Part shown: positions 50,001-62,510 of the stretch, one piece after another
How positions within the stretch are numbered: the first letter of the stretch is position 1
Layout: each line of letters opens with the position of its first letter
DNA from: Basidiobolus meristosporus CBS 931.73
Taxonomy: Eukaryota; Fungi; Basidiobolomycota
Assembly: GCA_002104905.1 (NCBI GenBank)
Contig: MCFE01000099.1
Span: forward strand, 62,001-126,000
Direction of reading: 5' to 3'
Length of the DNA: 64,000 nt
Translations under genes and position numbers: made by a program
The notes under the pieces: model-generated
The model's database searches: none
What the model was told of the DNA's origin: nothing
Seen by the model: the letters and a program-made list of their open reading frames with translations, nothing else

Positions 50001-50876
50001 CCCATTCTTCTTTTGCCCTTATTATCAGTATTATCCCCATATGATGTTTACCATAATTAGTTATCAGCATTAGTTATCCCAGATGTTATTCAGCTTTGTG
50101 ATCAGTATATTTATGCACAGTAGGCAGGTACCCACGTCAATACCCATGAGATATGACTTAAGTCTGTGTTAACATCCCTTCCATTTCAATACCATGTATG
50201 GTATCTCTATGTTTCACAGGTTTCAGGCTATTGATTCCTGTTTGTTGATGTGCTGTACCTTTTAGAACCTTCCAGGACCTTCTTGGAGTATTTTTAGCTC
50301 AAATTGATGTCATCAAGGATTCCACTGATGTCTGGAACTCTCCAGAACCTTGTCATTAGTAATCACTTGGCAATCAGGAAAAGTATTTTAGAGAAGTCAA
50401 TTCCTGATCAATAAATTGTCCCTACTATCAGTAACACTTCTCCCTTATTGATTGGCAGTTGATCACTGCACCTGCCTTCAACATTTACATCTCAGACTTG
50501 CCATTCACAATGTTATCAGGGTAGTGCACAAGGCACACAGAGGCCTTTGGAGACACTTGGAGTGCCTAGGAAGCCAGAGAAGCAGGTGCTTTTACCATAG
50601 TGACATATTGACAAAGACACTAGCAGTCAAGGCCCAAAGGGTAAAGCATGCATCAGATACCTCACACACCATGTGCTGTGTACCTTACAAGTTGGGGTAA
50701 TCATTCATGCCAACTCCATTGTGTCAGATTGTGCCATAGTGTGCCAGATTGTCCTGCATAGTGCAAAATTTTCTAAGAGTAATTTTGCCTTCTGGTAGCA
50801 ACAATACCATGCCAAGTTGTTGTTTGCAACTGCAGATTGCATCATGCACTCTGGCACAGTACAATGGAACAAGTCC
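47032..50876 (-). mobile_element. Old full-span PHIS copy with an LTR-D2 insertion
   Basis: Both termini present (AGACTTGTTC...GGAACAAGTCC); flanks GAA and AAA; both ORFs decayed. Confidence 0.9.
49912..50670 (+). repeat. LTR-D2, 3' end truncated
   Basis: Starts TGTGGTAGGGTAAACATACCTCCC; reverse-complement match to 19110-19885. Confidence 0.82.
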
Positions 50877-50975
50877 AAAGAGTCCAAGATGTCCAACCAA
50901 GGAGAACTCAGTTACTACTTAGGAGTAAAATTTGCCATAAACAGAAGTGTGCTCAAGTTAGATTGTGTCTCAGGG

Positions 50976-51945
50976 CCTAATACTCCCCAGTTAATGCAGA
51001 TCTCCATAATTTGACTGATGGCTATTTGGGGCCTCTTTTACAGTCTGCGGTTTATATACATGGACCAAATAGGCATAGGCAAAGTTTGTACCCTCATTGA
51101 TATGGTAATTTGGGCTAAGTCTTGTCCAGTTGGACCTCATTATATGTGCTACTGGAATAGTCAGTTCTGTATATTCCTGGGCACTGGTTCAGGCAGAACC
51201 ATGGTTGTAGGGTCCTCAGGACTGAAAATGCTTTCATTTATTGCTCTGATTCCATTGTGACTAATGGTGGATTTGATATCAGATTTTGCCCTCATCTGAT
51301 TTCATTTTTGTGCAAACTTTGAGTTTGCATCAGGCAATACATCTCTGGACTTGATCAGCTTCTTTGGTTTAATGTTGATGAGTCTGTTTGCCTTACCCTC
51401 ATTGCAGTAGCCCAAAATATGCATTTTTCACTTTTGGCTCAAACTTTGACTGATTTCCTGCCAGTTTCTTGGCATATGCTGTGCACGCAGGTATTCTTAG
51501 ATGTTCTACACTTGGTATGTATCTAAACCATGCTTCAGATGGAGTAGATTCACAAAGAATTCTGTTATAACTCCAACTATTGATGTTTACAGCTATAGCA
51601 TATTGTCTTGTTTTTTTCACCACTTTCTCTCCCCACTATAGCTTTAAACTCCCTGAACTTGGACAGAGCTTCTTCCTTTCTCTACATCAAGTTACCCCAT
51701 ATGTATCTTGTAGAATCACTAATAAAAGTGAATAAATACTTCATCCTACCTTAGGATGAATTTGGCATAGGTTCACACAGATCTGAGCAAATTAGATCTA
51801 GTTTTTCAATAGTTTTGATTAACCCAGAGCTCTTGAGCAGTTGTCTGGCTGGTTTCTTATATATGCAGGCCTCACAGTGCTCCAATCTAGCTGGGGGATC
51901 AATTTTTACTTCAGGAACTAGCTGTTCTTACATCATTTTGTGCAA
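50976..51945 (-). mobile_element. copia-A copy 8, integrase fragment
   Basis: Reverse-complement homology to ~5890-6200 and ~7690-8300. Confidence 0.82.
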
Positions 51946-54809
51946 ATACGTCAAGATCCCATTTAGGGACTGTCATAATAACTGTAGCTTGAAATTAGTG
52001 ACCCTCCTGAAAATCTTATAACAAGATCATGACGGTGTTTTGCAAATTTTACAGCCAAATAAAGGGATAGAATTTGATAATTTTTGACTGGTGCTGTGAC
52101 AATATTTGCATGGTATTGTTGCGGTCTTTTAGTGCTCTATTACTATTTTAAATGGATCCAGTTGGCCAGTACTTCCAATTGGCTTATATGGCAAGAAACT
52201 TGACAGTATTTTGATGGCCTCACTGCAAGACTCTGATGGCTTTTTCTTGGCAGTATGATGGCCTGCTGCTGGTTGTGTATAATGCTACTGTACCAATTTA
52301 CCAAATGGTATTTCCTTTTTCTACCTCCCCTTGTGCACTTCATATATTCCACTGTAGAATCATCTTTCTTTATTTGCTTACCAACTACTACCTTGGGTAT
52401 TCCACATATAGTTTGAATCAAAAAAAACTATGGCCTCCTGCATACTAACCACTACAATTGCTGACACCTGCCACAATTGACATACTTCTATCACCTCAAC
52501 TTTAGGGCTTTTTAGTGTGATACTTGCAAAGTTGCCATATATGTTGTACTGCTGGTAGCATATACATCTTGTGAACATATGCTTCATTGTTGCCACTTCT
52601 GCCATGAATACCTCCTGAATATTGGCAAAGAGCTTCTTGGTATTTAGCCAATATATTCCTTCTACCTGCTGGATTCTAGTCCCCCTTTTAGGTGCCCTCT
52701 GGCTTTTATTTGTGTGAATTCCATATTGAATGGTGTAGAAGTTGGCTTATGACCACAAGAAATCCGGCATATCTTGGTGGAGTCTTCCTGATAAAAATTA
52801 GTTGCTTGTTGCACCCAACCCAACTTTGCATTACTTAACTGATTACCCATGCATTGGGGCTGCTTAGCTTCTTAATTCCATAGGCATAGGTGTCTGTGGT
52901 AATGGAAAGTATTCCATTACTACAATATCTCTAAAACAATATTGCACTCATTTCTTTATTTTGCTTTTTTGCTATTGTAACACACAAGTGAAAGATCAAG
53001 AATTTCCAACTTTGAAGAATAAATGCTCCAGACCCTGGCAAGCAATCCACCCAAGAATATTATATCATACAGAACACATAGTATCCAACACATGTTTCAA
53101 ATTACAGCTCACTTGAAGCAGTACTTAAGGAGTTATGACCAAAAGAGTCCAATTATTATATATACTATGCCTTATTGCTAGGATTACTATGGTGACTTTG
53201 ATTGCGTGTAACTTTTGAACCAGCCAATAAAATCACGTGAAACTTCCACAGGTTCTGCGCCTATGTCCGATCTGCCCACTGCAAAATTTTAGCTCTTTAT
53301 CACGTGTATTGCTTGCGCAATTGCCCAAAAACTTTGATCCTTCAAAATTTTCATAGATATGACTTCCCCAGCTGAAAAATAAAGGGAGAGCCTCTCTTTC
53401 CAGAATCTCCACACTACAATTACAAGCTTAAAGGTTATAAGACTTCCCCTGCACCACTTGCACTGTTGAGTATTCTGACTTTGATCAGTACTACATCAGT
53501 AAAGAGACTGCAAATCTCACAAGAATCCAATCTAAGTTCTACAAGAAACTACCACTTTTCTGTTGGAAAAGTCCCCTCTAAGAAACCCCTTTACTCTAAA
53601 GACACCCCTTTAGTCTAAAGACCCCTTTAAGAAGCCCCTTTACTCTAAAGAAGCCCCTTTCGGCACCCCTTTAGTGTAAAGTCCACTTTAGAGACCACTA
53701 CAAGAAGCCCCTTTATTCTAAAGACACCCCTTTAGGTCTAAAGACCCCTTTAGAGACTTCTACAACACACCCCTTTAGGTTAAAGGGCAGTTCAGAATTT
53801 CCATATTAGTAAATATTTTCTCAGAAAGGAAAGCAACTTCCAAATAAGGAAAAGTTACTATAAAAGTAAATAAGCCCATTAGTCAACAGAAGGCCAGAAC
53901 ACTGCTGTAGAAGTGATAAACACTGCCTACAGTATATTTTGAGCCTAAGATTGAGGAAATTAGTGAAAGTTATATCTTCTATTGGTATATCAAACTCCCA
54001 ATAAACTATTTCAGTATTAGCATACTAGAAGTTGTTGTATATTGTTGATTAGCCTCTACATTGTAGAACAAGCCCCAAACTAATCATAATACAACACAAC
54101 ATGTCTCCATGTTAATATTGTCCTCAGTATATTCCAACTCTTTCTGGCTGTCCTCCTTGTGCCAACTCATCACATCCTTGGCAGACTTGAAGGTAATATT
54201 CTTGAGGAGATTGGGATATGGTAGTACCTGCAACTTAACTTGTCTTCCTATCTCCCCCCACATCCACTCCATAGAAAACTCCCAAAAGGTGAGGCAAGGC
54301 CCAATATTCCCCACACACCGTGCAAGATGGAGTAGAGAATGGATACAGTAGTGGCAGAGATCTACATGCTCAACTTTATGTTTGTAGTATAGCTGCTCAA
54401 ATCCCATCACAAACTCCTCACACAACAGCTGTAGATGTGTCAAGTTGGCATTGGTGATCCGCTTCTGGATAAATATTCCTACAATGTCCACATATGACTC
54501 CCAATTCTTCCAATGTACTCTTGGTAGGAATGGCTTCAGAACACCACTTGAATAAATACATATCCAGTTCATCCAGTCTTTGCATTTGTATTGTTGCATA
54601 GGCATATGAATATTAATTGGAGCCTGTGAGAAGTATTTAGGGTAGCAGATACTCTGTAATATCTTTCCAATTTTTTCAAATTTCTCTGGTATCTCAAAGG
54701 ACTCATTTAGCTTGAAATGCTCCATGTACAACTTGGTCATCAGTATATGGATAATGTTGAAAAGCAAATGCATTGCTCCCAGTGGAAAGCTTTTGCTCTA
54801 ACAGATACC
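51946..54809 (-). mobile_element. CACTA copy 3 (3' half; terminal ~50 bp missing), with LTR-E insertion
   Basis: Reverse complement of 4340-5293, then ORF 54084-54773 MHLLFN..HSLLHLARCVGNIGP..WEFSME. Confidence 0.88.
52895..54101. repeat. Solo LTR family E (1207 bp)
   Basis: 4-bp TSD TGTC (52891-52894 and 54102-54105). Confidence 0.93.
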
Positions 54810-54829
54810 CCCTATAAATAATAGTAAAT

Positions 54830-55810
54830 AAATGCGTCAGCGCGTGGCACTACAGGCCGGTTCAGTTGGTTCAGTTGGTTCAGTCGGAGCGATTCAGCGC
54901 GGCCAAGCTGCAGCATTGCACTCATCAACTAGGAGGCAAAATACTGACTACAAATACACAAGTAGCCAAGATGATAGTCAGCCAGGAAGTAGTATAGGTG
55001 TGCAAAGTGAGTCACTACCAAATGCTTCAGTAGTAATCCCTGTGAGAAAAAAACCCAGGAGAAGATGATGCGATTGCTTTGAATCGCTCACATTTGTAAT
55101 GATCCCAACAACCCTTTTTTTTGCGATCCGAATTGAGCCATTGCAAATCAGTGATCATCAAATTTTTGATATAAGTAATATCAAGGTCGTCTCATATTTG
55201 AGACAGAACCCCTATAAATAAACACCCTGCATATATATACGTCATCTGTAATACCAGTGCAGCTATTGGATCTGTTTCGCACCTACACAATTGCTTGCGT
55301 GCTAGCTATGACACCTTGCCCAATCACTAGGATCAGGGATTTACTTGCTCAATGGGCAAAATGGGATATTTGATGGCAAATCAGGTAGCTTTTTCAGTAG
55401 TCAATGAGCCAATTGGGGGCTGCCAGCTTCAGGATACTTTTGGACCAATTAACCACTGAGATACCGTCCAATTGGAGTGAGGGTAACCAAAATGGTAAGT
55501 ATCAGTGTAGTTTATAGTGTGATACACATTTATTTCCATTTACATTAAAGAAACATATCCAAATACCGGGTTTTACCTGCCATTATAGCGGTATCCAATC
55601 GCGCACGTGATGCAAGCATTACAAGTTGGCGCGATCATCCGCGCCAACCTCATCGTGTCAGATTGTGGCATAGTGTGCAAGATTGTCCCGCATGGTGCGA
55701 AATCGTCCAAGAACAATCCTGCCTTCTGGTAGCTATAATATCGCACCCAATCGTTCTTTGCAACCGCGGATTGCGCCGCGCGCCCTGGCACGGTACGATG
55801 GAACAAGTCT
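54830..55810 (-). mobile_element. Young PHIS left-end fragment
   Basis: Near-identical reverse complement of 14682-~15660, CpG-rich; terminus flanked by ACT within CACTA sequence. Confidence 0.92.
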
Positions 55811-57226
55811 ACTGCTTTCTCTACCTGGGATATTGATTACTCTATACCTTTTGACTGCTCATCCTGTTTCTGGGCTATATCCTGATTTCTCTGTGCCATT
55901 GCACCTATCCAATCATCTACTGCACCTAATTGCCTCATTAATGCTTTGGTGTGAGCCCACAAAATACTTGCTAATATATGTAGTGGTGATGTTATGACTA
56001 CCACTTGCACCTCTTTAACTGAATATACTGCTTTTGCTACATTCTCATCTGCCTCAGCAATATGTATAGCTTGCAGCTCTACAGAGATTTCCATTACCTA
56101 CTTGACTGAGAGCCTGAGGAGTTGGCATTATTCCCTTCTGTGGGCACACTGTCCGCAGGGCCTTTTTTGGTTGTTGCCTCACTTGTAGCACTGAATGTAA
56201 AGCAAGCTGTTGTCTAACTGTTCTTTGGCTGCTGTCAGTGGTGGGGTTTGGGTAACCAGACAACTTTTCTTAACTTTTTGGTGGCATACATTTGAAAGTG
56301 AGTCAAACCAAATGGGAAATAGTGCTGAATATATATGTGTATGTGGTGCCACAACTTTATTTATAATGCTTACTATGTTAGGTCATCATTGAATCTTACA
56401 CTCATATAGGTTCAATGTCTAAGATACAAGACTGTCTTAAATTCATATGAGTATTGACAAAAAAGTAGTATAATAGTGTTGCATTGTTGAGTGTCAAGCT
56501 GTTTGCCCCATGGACAAGATTACTCTGATTCAATGCTGTAAGAGAAGAGAAAAAAGACCAAATGGCTATTCTAGCAAGCCTCTCAGCAATGAAGCACACA
56601 GAGAGTATAGAAGGTATCACAAGGATTGCAACCAGTGTTTTGCCACACAAGTCATATTTGACCATTCACCAGTCACTACTCTACCAATAAATTCTTGCCT
56701 GCCACTTGATACTTCTATAACAGCATCTGGCTGTACTTGTTACCTTGCGCAAACTGAGTCAGGAGAGTTTGTGGAACCTTTAGACTCAACCCAGCCTTCT
56801 GAATATGATATGCAGAGTGATAGCTCTGAAGAAGCAGCCTCACTGATGCATTGTGAGTCTATCTTCCCTAACAACAGTACCCTGCATGAGCTTGGCAAAA
56901 TCCTATCATGCAATGAGCCAACACCCATAGAAAAAAATGCTAAGGATACATTATAAGATCAGATGAGCCCAGTAATACATCTACTGGTGGATGATGTGAT
57001 GTTGTGGCTAGAGAAGGGGCGCATTTCCACTAATATCAGTAATGGGGGCTATGCGGATTTTCTACTACTGCTTGCCAAAATCATCCTGCAATGCAACTTA
57101 CCATGTATATAGTTTAAATGAAGAACTATCATGCAGCTGGCAACATATGACCCAGTTACCATCCTGATACCAGCATGTGTTAAAAGTTTCACGGCATTCA
57201 AATTAGAAAATGACACCATTGTATAG

Positions 57227-58287
57227 TGTAGTGGGGTCATAGTGACACCCAAAGACAAATGTGTACATTCCCATATTTCCTACTTCCATATTTATCTACT
57301 AATTTTATTTTAGTTTTATCCCATTTGTCTTTCCTAATCAGTACTTTCCCATAAGCTGGTTGATTATCACACCTGCTTACCTTATTGCATAAGTTATCCC
57401 CTACTTTATGTAATATTACTAGCAATAAGTGTTTCTATATTAGGCAAGGACCCGTGCCACTACCCACAAAACATGATCAACCTGTGTCACCATTCCTACC
57501 ATTTCCATACCAAATATGGTATCCCTAAGTTACACAGGTTTCAGAGTACTGATTACTGATTGATTGGATGTGCTGCGCCTCTTAGTACCTGCCAGCACCT
57601 ACTTAGAACATTCTTAGGTCAATCTGATGTCATTAAGATTTCTATCAATATCTGGAACCTTCTGGAATACAATGTTTAGTAATCACTTAGCCAGTAAGAA
57701 AAGTATATAAGGGAGGCTATCCCATAACAATAAATCATCATCCCTTTCATCAAAATACCAACTTGTTGATTAGTGTGATCACTGCTACCTGAACTTTGAA
57801 CTGTATACCACAGGGCACTCCCAGGAAACCACGCTGACAGCCAACTGACCTTGGAGGCACTACTTGTGAGGAATACTCAGAGTAGGTATCTTTTATGATA
57901 TTTGATTCTTTCCCAAGTTTGTTCTTCTACAGGCAAAGATACTTTTCTGTCTTTGTAACTATTCGCCACAGCTGCATTCTTATCAAGTCCCTGCTGGTGG
58001 AGTTTACAGTTGTTTTGACTTTGGAAGCTTTAGTACATTGTCATCTCAAAGGATGCTGAACCCAGCATATACTTTTGTTAGGATGCCAACTAAGTTGGGG
58101 ATTGTAGCTCAATAATTTTCCCTTGACAAGCTTGTGGCTTTATTCCCCATCACATTAGATTAGAGACAGAACCCAAGTATTCCTAGCAAGCTTTTGCCAG
58201 AGGTTATTGCACCCAGCAAACACCCTACGCACAACACACCTGAGAAATGTTGGACATATCTCTCCCTTGGACTTATACACCACCACA
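57227..58287 (+). repeat. gypsy-D 5' LTR (1061 bp)
   Basis: TGTAGTGG...CACCACCACA; matches 59972-61083. Confidence 0.92.
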
Positions 58288-58291
58288 TATT

Positions 58292-58309
58292 TGGCACCTA
58301 ACATGGGGG
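58292..58309 (+). other. PBS, CpG-decayed tRNA-Lys(CUU) type
   Basis: TGGCACCTAACATGGGG versus TGGCGCCCAACGTGGGG, with GCTC after the G run. Confidence 0.78.
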
Positions 58310-58429
58310 GGGCTCATACAAGCTCCCTAGGACCCAACAAGATTTACCTGCACATTTGAGCCATTATCCACTTATTGAAAAGTGACTACCAATATTATCA
58401 AGATTACAACACCAATCTACCTATCCAAA

Positions 58430-59570
58430 ATGAACTCTTTGCCATTACCACTCTCACTTGGAGCCCCACAGTTTGATGGAACAAATGTGGAAAGCTTCAT
58501 ATTTAAATAGGAGAAGCTCTGCAAGATGTGCAGCCTATCTGAACAATAAATGGCTCAAGGCTTCCCCTACTACTGCACCAATAATAATACCACTAAGCTT
58601 CTCAGACAAGGAGATATTTGGACTAACTGTGCCTTAATGAAGACCTACCTACAGACCAAGTATGGTAGACCCCAGATATACTATGGAATTGAAGACCTCA
58701 GAAACTTTGGAAGGATTGGACTTTCCAAGCTACCACTGGAAGAGTTCATTCAAAAGTATGAAGATATGGCCAAGCCACTCCTAGAGTCCCAGGCTATAAC
58801 TGAGTTTACCATGACACTTTACCTTGCACAAGGGCTTCCCCGGGACTTGGCAAGGAAAGTTGACTTACATGCAGGCAAGGATGACAAGTCTGGCATTCCA
58901 TGCTTTGCAGAGATAAAATGAGTTCTCCTAGAGACAATGCAGACTTCCACCCTCATGAAACTTCTGAAGCCTAATCTACCAGACCAGTCAACCAAGGAAC
59001 CAAAGAGTGCTGTTGCTGACAATCAGACTTACACTACCAACGGAATTGATCAACTTGCTGAACAGCCACAAAAGCTAGCCCTCAAGATTAATGAGTCAGC
59101 TGAAGTAGCTACTGAGAGCCACAGACCTTAGCCCAGACACTGCATCTGGTGTGACTCTACTCAGCATGCAACAAGAGAATGCTCAGAGCTTAGTCAGCTA
59201 CCTAGAGAAGGAGGTGTGCAGTTTGTTGCTGATGGAATGCTTGCTGACAGGGAAGGAAGAAGGATCCCCTTCAATTTCCAAGGAGGAGGGATGAGAGCTC
59301 TTTTCCATAAATCTGACTCAGCAACCAGAAAGTTCACTGTTGATGCCCCTATTGGGACTCATACAGTGAATCCAAGCAGCCCTGACAACAGAAAATATAA
59401 AGTTGATGCCATAGCTACCAAAAGACACCTCCCTGAAGAACCTGCCAAACTCATGCTTAGAAGACCACAATTTGAAGAGCCTGAGGTTATCATTGACAAG
59501 AGGGCTGGTGTACTGCCCACCCAAGATCTGTTGCCTCACTTTTGGATGACCTCAAAGATAGCAAGCTAGT
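58430..59570 (+). pseudogene. gag: gypsy-D gag with CCHC knuckle (59141-59182)
   Basis: APQFDGTNVESF; LAQGLP; CX2CX4HX4C; in-frame stops. Confidence 0.8.
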
Positions 59571-59971
59571 CAAGCCCTCAAATGACTTCTCAGAAGCTGC
59601 TGAAGCAGAACCTCACTTTGTTGGTTGGAGAAATCATGAGTGTATCCCCATCTGTTAGGAACACCTTTGATGAGCAGCTTAGAGCAAGACAATAGGCTGT
59701 TGAACATATGGACACCTATATAATTCAGACAAGCCATGAAGACCACCAAAAGGATGACAACACTACTGAATATAAGACCTTTACTCAGTTGCAACTGCTG
59801 TGGTGAAAGGATATATATATAATGACCTTGTTGACTGCCATATTAACAGTCGCTCAGATATTTGTGTTATGCCACTAGACTTTTGGAAAACACTTAGAAG
59901 CAAGGAGCTACTGCCTGTTGATAGAGATATTGGATGGAACATGACTATTGCAAACACAGGATCTAGTCCAC

Positions 59972-61083
59972 TGTAATGGAGTGACAGTGACACCCACTGA
60001 CAGATGTGCTCATTCCCATTTTTTCTACTTCCCTATATCTTGACCACACTTATTTTAGTTTTATCCCATTTATCTTACCTGATCAGTACTATCCCATAAG
60101 CCGGTTGACTATCACACCTGCTTACCTTATTGAATAAGTTATTCCTCACTTTATATAAATTACTAGCTATAAGTGCTTTTATATTAGGCAAGTACCGCTG
60201 CCAGTACCTGTGACACATGATCAACCTGTATCACCATCCCTACCATTTCCATACCATATATGGTATCCCTATATTACACAGGTTTCAGAGTCCTGATTCC
60301 TGACTGGTTGGATGTGCTATGCCTCTTAGAACCCTCCGTCACCTACTTAGAGCATTCTTAGGTCATTCTGATGTCATTAAGATTTCTATTGATATCTAGA
60401 ACCTTCTGGAACACCATGATTAGTTTTCTATCAATATCTGGAACCTTCTGGAATACAATGTTTAGTAATCACTTAGCCAGTAAGAGAAGTATATAAGGGA
60501 GGTATCCCTCAACAATAAAATCATCATCCCTTTTATCAATATACCAACTTGTTGATTAGTGTGATCACCGCTACCTGCTGCTACCTGAACTTCCAACCCC
60601 AGACCACAGGACACTCCCCAGAAACTGCGCTGACAGCCAACTGACCTTGGAGGCACTACTTGTGAGGAATACTCAGAGTAGGTATCTTTTATTATATTAG
60701 ACTCTTTCCCAAGTTTGTTCTTGTACAGGCAAAGATATTTCTCTATCTTTGTAGCTATTGGCCACAGCTGCATTCTTATCTAGTCCCTGCTGGTGGAGTT
60801 TACAGTTGTTTTGACTTTGGAAGCTTTAGTACATTGTCATCTCAAAGGATGCTGAACCCAGCACATACTTTTGTTAAGATGCCAACTAAGTTGGGGATTG
60901 TAGCTCAATAATTTTCCCTTGACAAGCTTGTGGCTTTATTCCCCTTCACATTAGATTAGAGACAGGGCCCAAGTATTCCTAGCAAGCTTTTACCGGAGGT
61001 TATTGCACCCAGTGAACACCCCACACACAAAACACTTGAGAAGTATTGGACATATCTCTCCCTTGGACCTATACACCACCACA
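59972..61083 (+). repeat. Solo LTR-D inserted in the protease region of its own family
   Basis: Flanks CCAC and CCGC; removal gives MTIANTGSSPLYGVV in frame; no PBS after it and no PPT before it. Confidence 0.88.
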
Positions 61084-61631
61084 CCGCTCTATGGTGTAGT
61101 CACAGGTTCCTTATTGAGCTACAAGGAATCAAGGTCTGGCTTCCCCTCTTTATCTGCCAGAAGGCAAACCTTGACCTTCTGCTAGGCAGACCATGGGAGA
61201 CCAGAACCAAGGCTAGAACTACCAATTATTCTGAAGGATCAGTGTGGTACACTATAGAACATTCAAACCCTGGGCTACAGTCAATGTTCCATGGTGTAAC
61301 AGCCAACAATAAGAGGACACATACTGCTTGCCAGAAGACACATCTTGTTATAGAAGAAGATGAGGATCCTTAAAATACACACCCAAACATTTGGAGCTGC
61401 TCATTAGGTATACAGGAGCAGACAGCCATAGTTCAAACAAAATAAAAGACAGTTGAACAGATGATTAGACCATCACCTACACCTTTGACTGATGGATCTT
61501 GACCTGCTGATTACATTAGACCACCAGAAGAAACACCAGAAGATATACAACTTACACCTGAGAGACTTAAGCAACTTATCATTGGTGATGGAAACCTAAC
61601 ATCAGATGAGATCCTATTATTTGAAGAAACC

Positions 61632-62510
61632 TTGAAAAGGCATGATAAGGTCTTCTCATATAATGACAAGGAGATGAGACTCCTAAAGACATTGGTTGAA
61701 AAACCTATCAAGATCCATACAGTGCCCCACACACCCTGTTCATTTAAGCCTTACCCACTACCCAGAGGACTCCAAGCTGATGTGCATGATGTACTTAAGA
61801 AGAGGATTGATGCTGGTATCCTAGAGCCTTGCCATGGACCTTATGCTAACAGATGGTTTGTGACTAAAAAGAAGAATGGAAAGCTCCAATTTGTTCAAGA
61901 CATGCAACCTGCCAATGCTGTCACTATCAGAGATGCTGCTATACCTCCATCTAGTGATGACTTTGCAGAAAGCTTTAGTGGGCACTCCATCTACTCAACA
62001 TGCAATCTCTACTCAGGATATGACCAGATCCCCTTGATGAGACATCAAGAGATATGTTTGCACTCCAGACACCATTTGGACTGTTGAGAATGACAAGACT
62101 CAGCCAAGGGGCTACAAACTCTGTGGCTCAGCTCCTGCAATGCATGGTGAATGTGCTGTACCAGTTTATACCTGAGAGACTTGCTGTTGTTGTTGATGAT
62201 ATATGCATTAAAGGCCCAAAAATCCAGGACACCACTGAAGTTATGCCTGGAGAGAGAAAGTTTGTCTATGACCATATTTTACACTTTGTTGAGTCATGTG
62301 TGGCCTGCTAGAAGAGTTGCTGTAAGTATTATGAAGAACACTGCATCCTACTTACACAATCTGTATATGGCAAAAGGTTGGTATTGATCTTGTCCAAATG
62401 CCAACTGCTGGATCAAAGAGATACCCAATTGTTGCTAGAGATTACCTTTGTGGATGGGCAGAGGCTCAAGCCTTGCCCAACTACCAGAGCCATACCATAT
62501 GGAGATTTTC
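61632..62510 (+). pseudogene. pol: gypsy-D RT fused by deletion to integrase (RNaseH lost)
   Basis: RT to VVVDD, then FVESCVAC and KVGIDLVQMP..IVARDYLCGWAEAQAL. Confidence 0.87.

Larger units (their letters stand above)
45176..50975 (+). mobile_element. copia-A copy 7 (partial 5' LTR to 45516, degenerate PBS, gag, deletion, RT), interrupted by a PHIS copy
   Basis: LTR end ACAACA then GGTTAGGTGCCC; gag and RT homology resumes at 50877. Confidence 0.85.

Noticed and set aside
1-51945. A non-autonomous copia-A subfamily with a shared deletion
   Set aside because: Deletion breakpoints differ among copies (~8820, ~32520, ~46030, ~51600), indicating independent decay
57227-61083. Intact short LTR element or TRIM/LARD bounded by two LTR-D copies
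   Set aside because: Its outer flanks do not match, the second LTR has its own TSD, and pol continues beyond it to the true TSD at 62515
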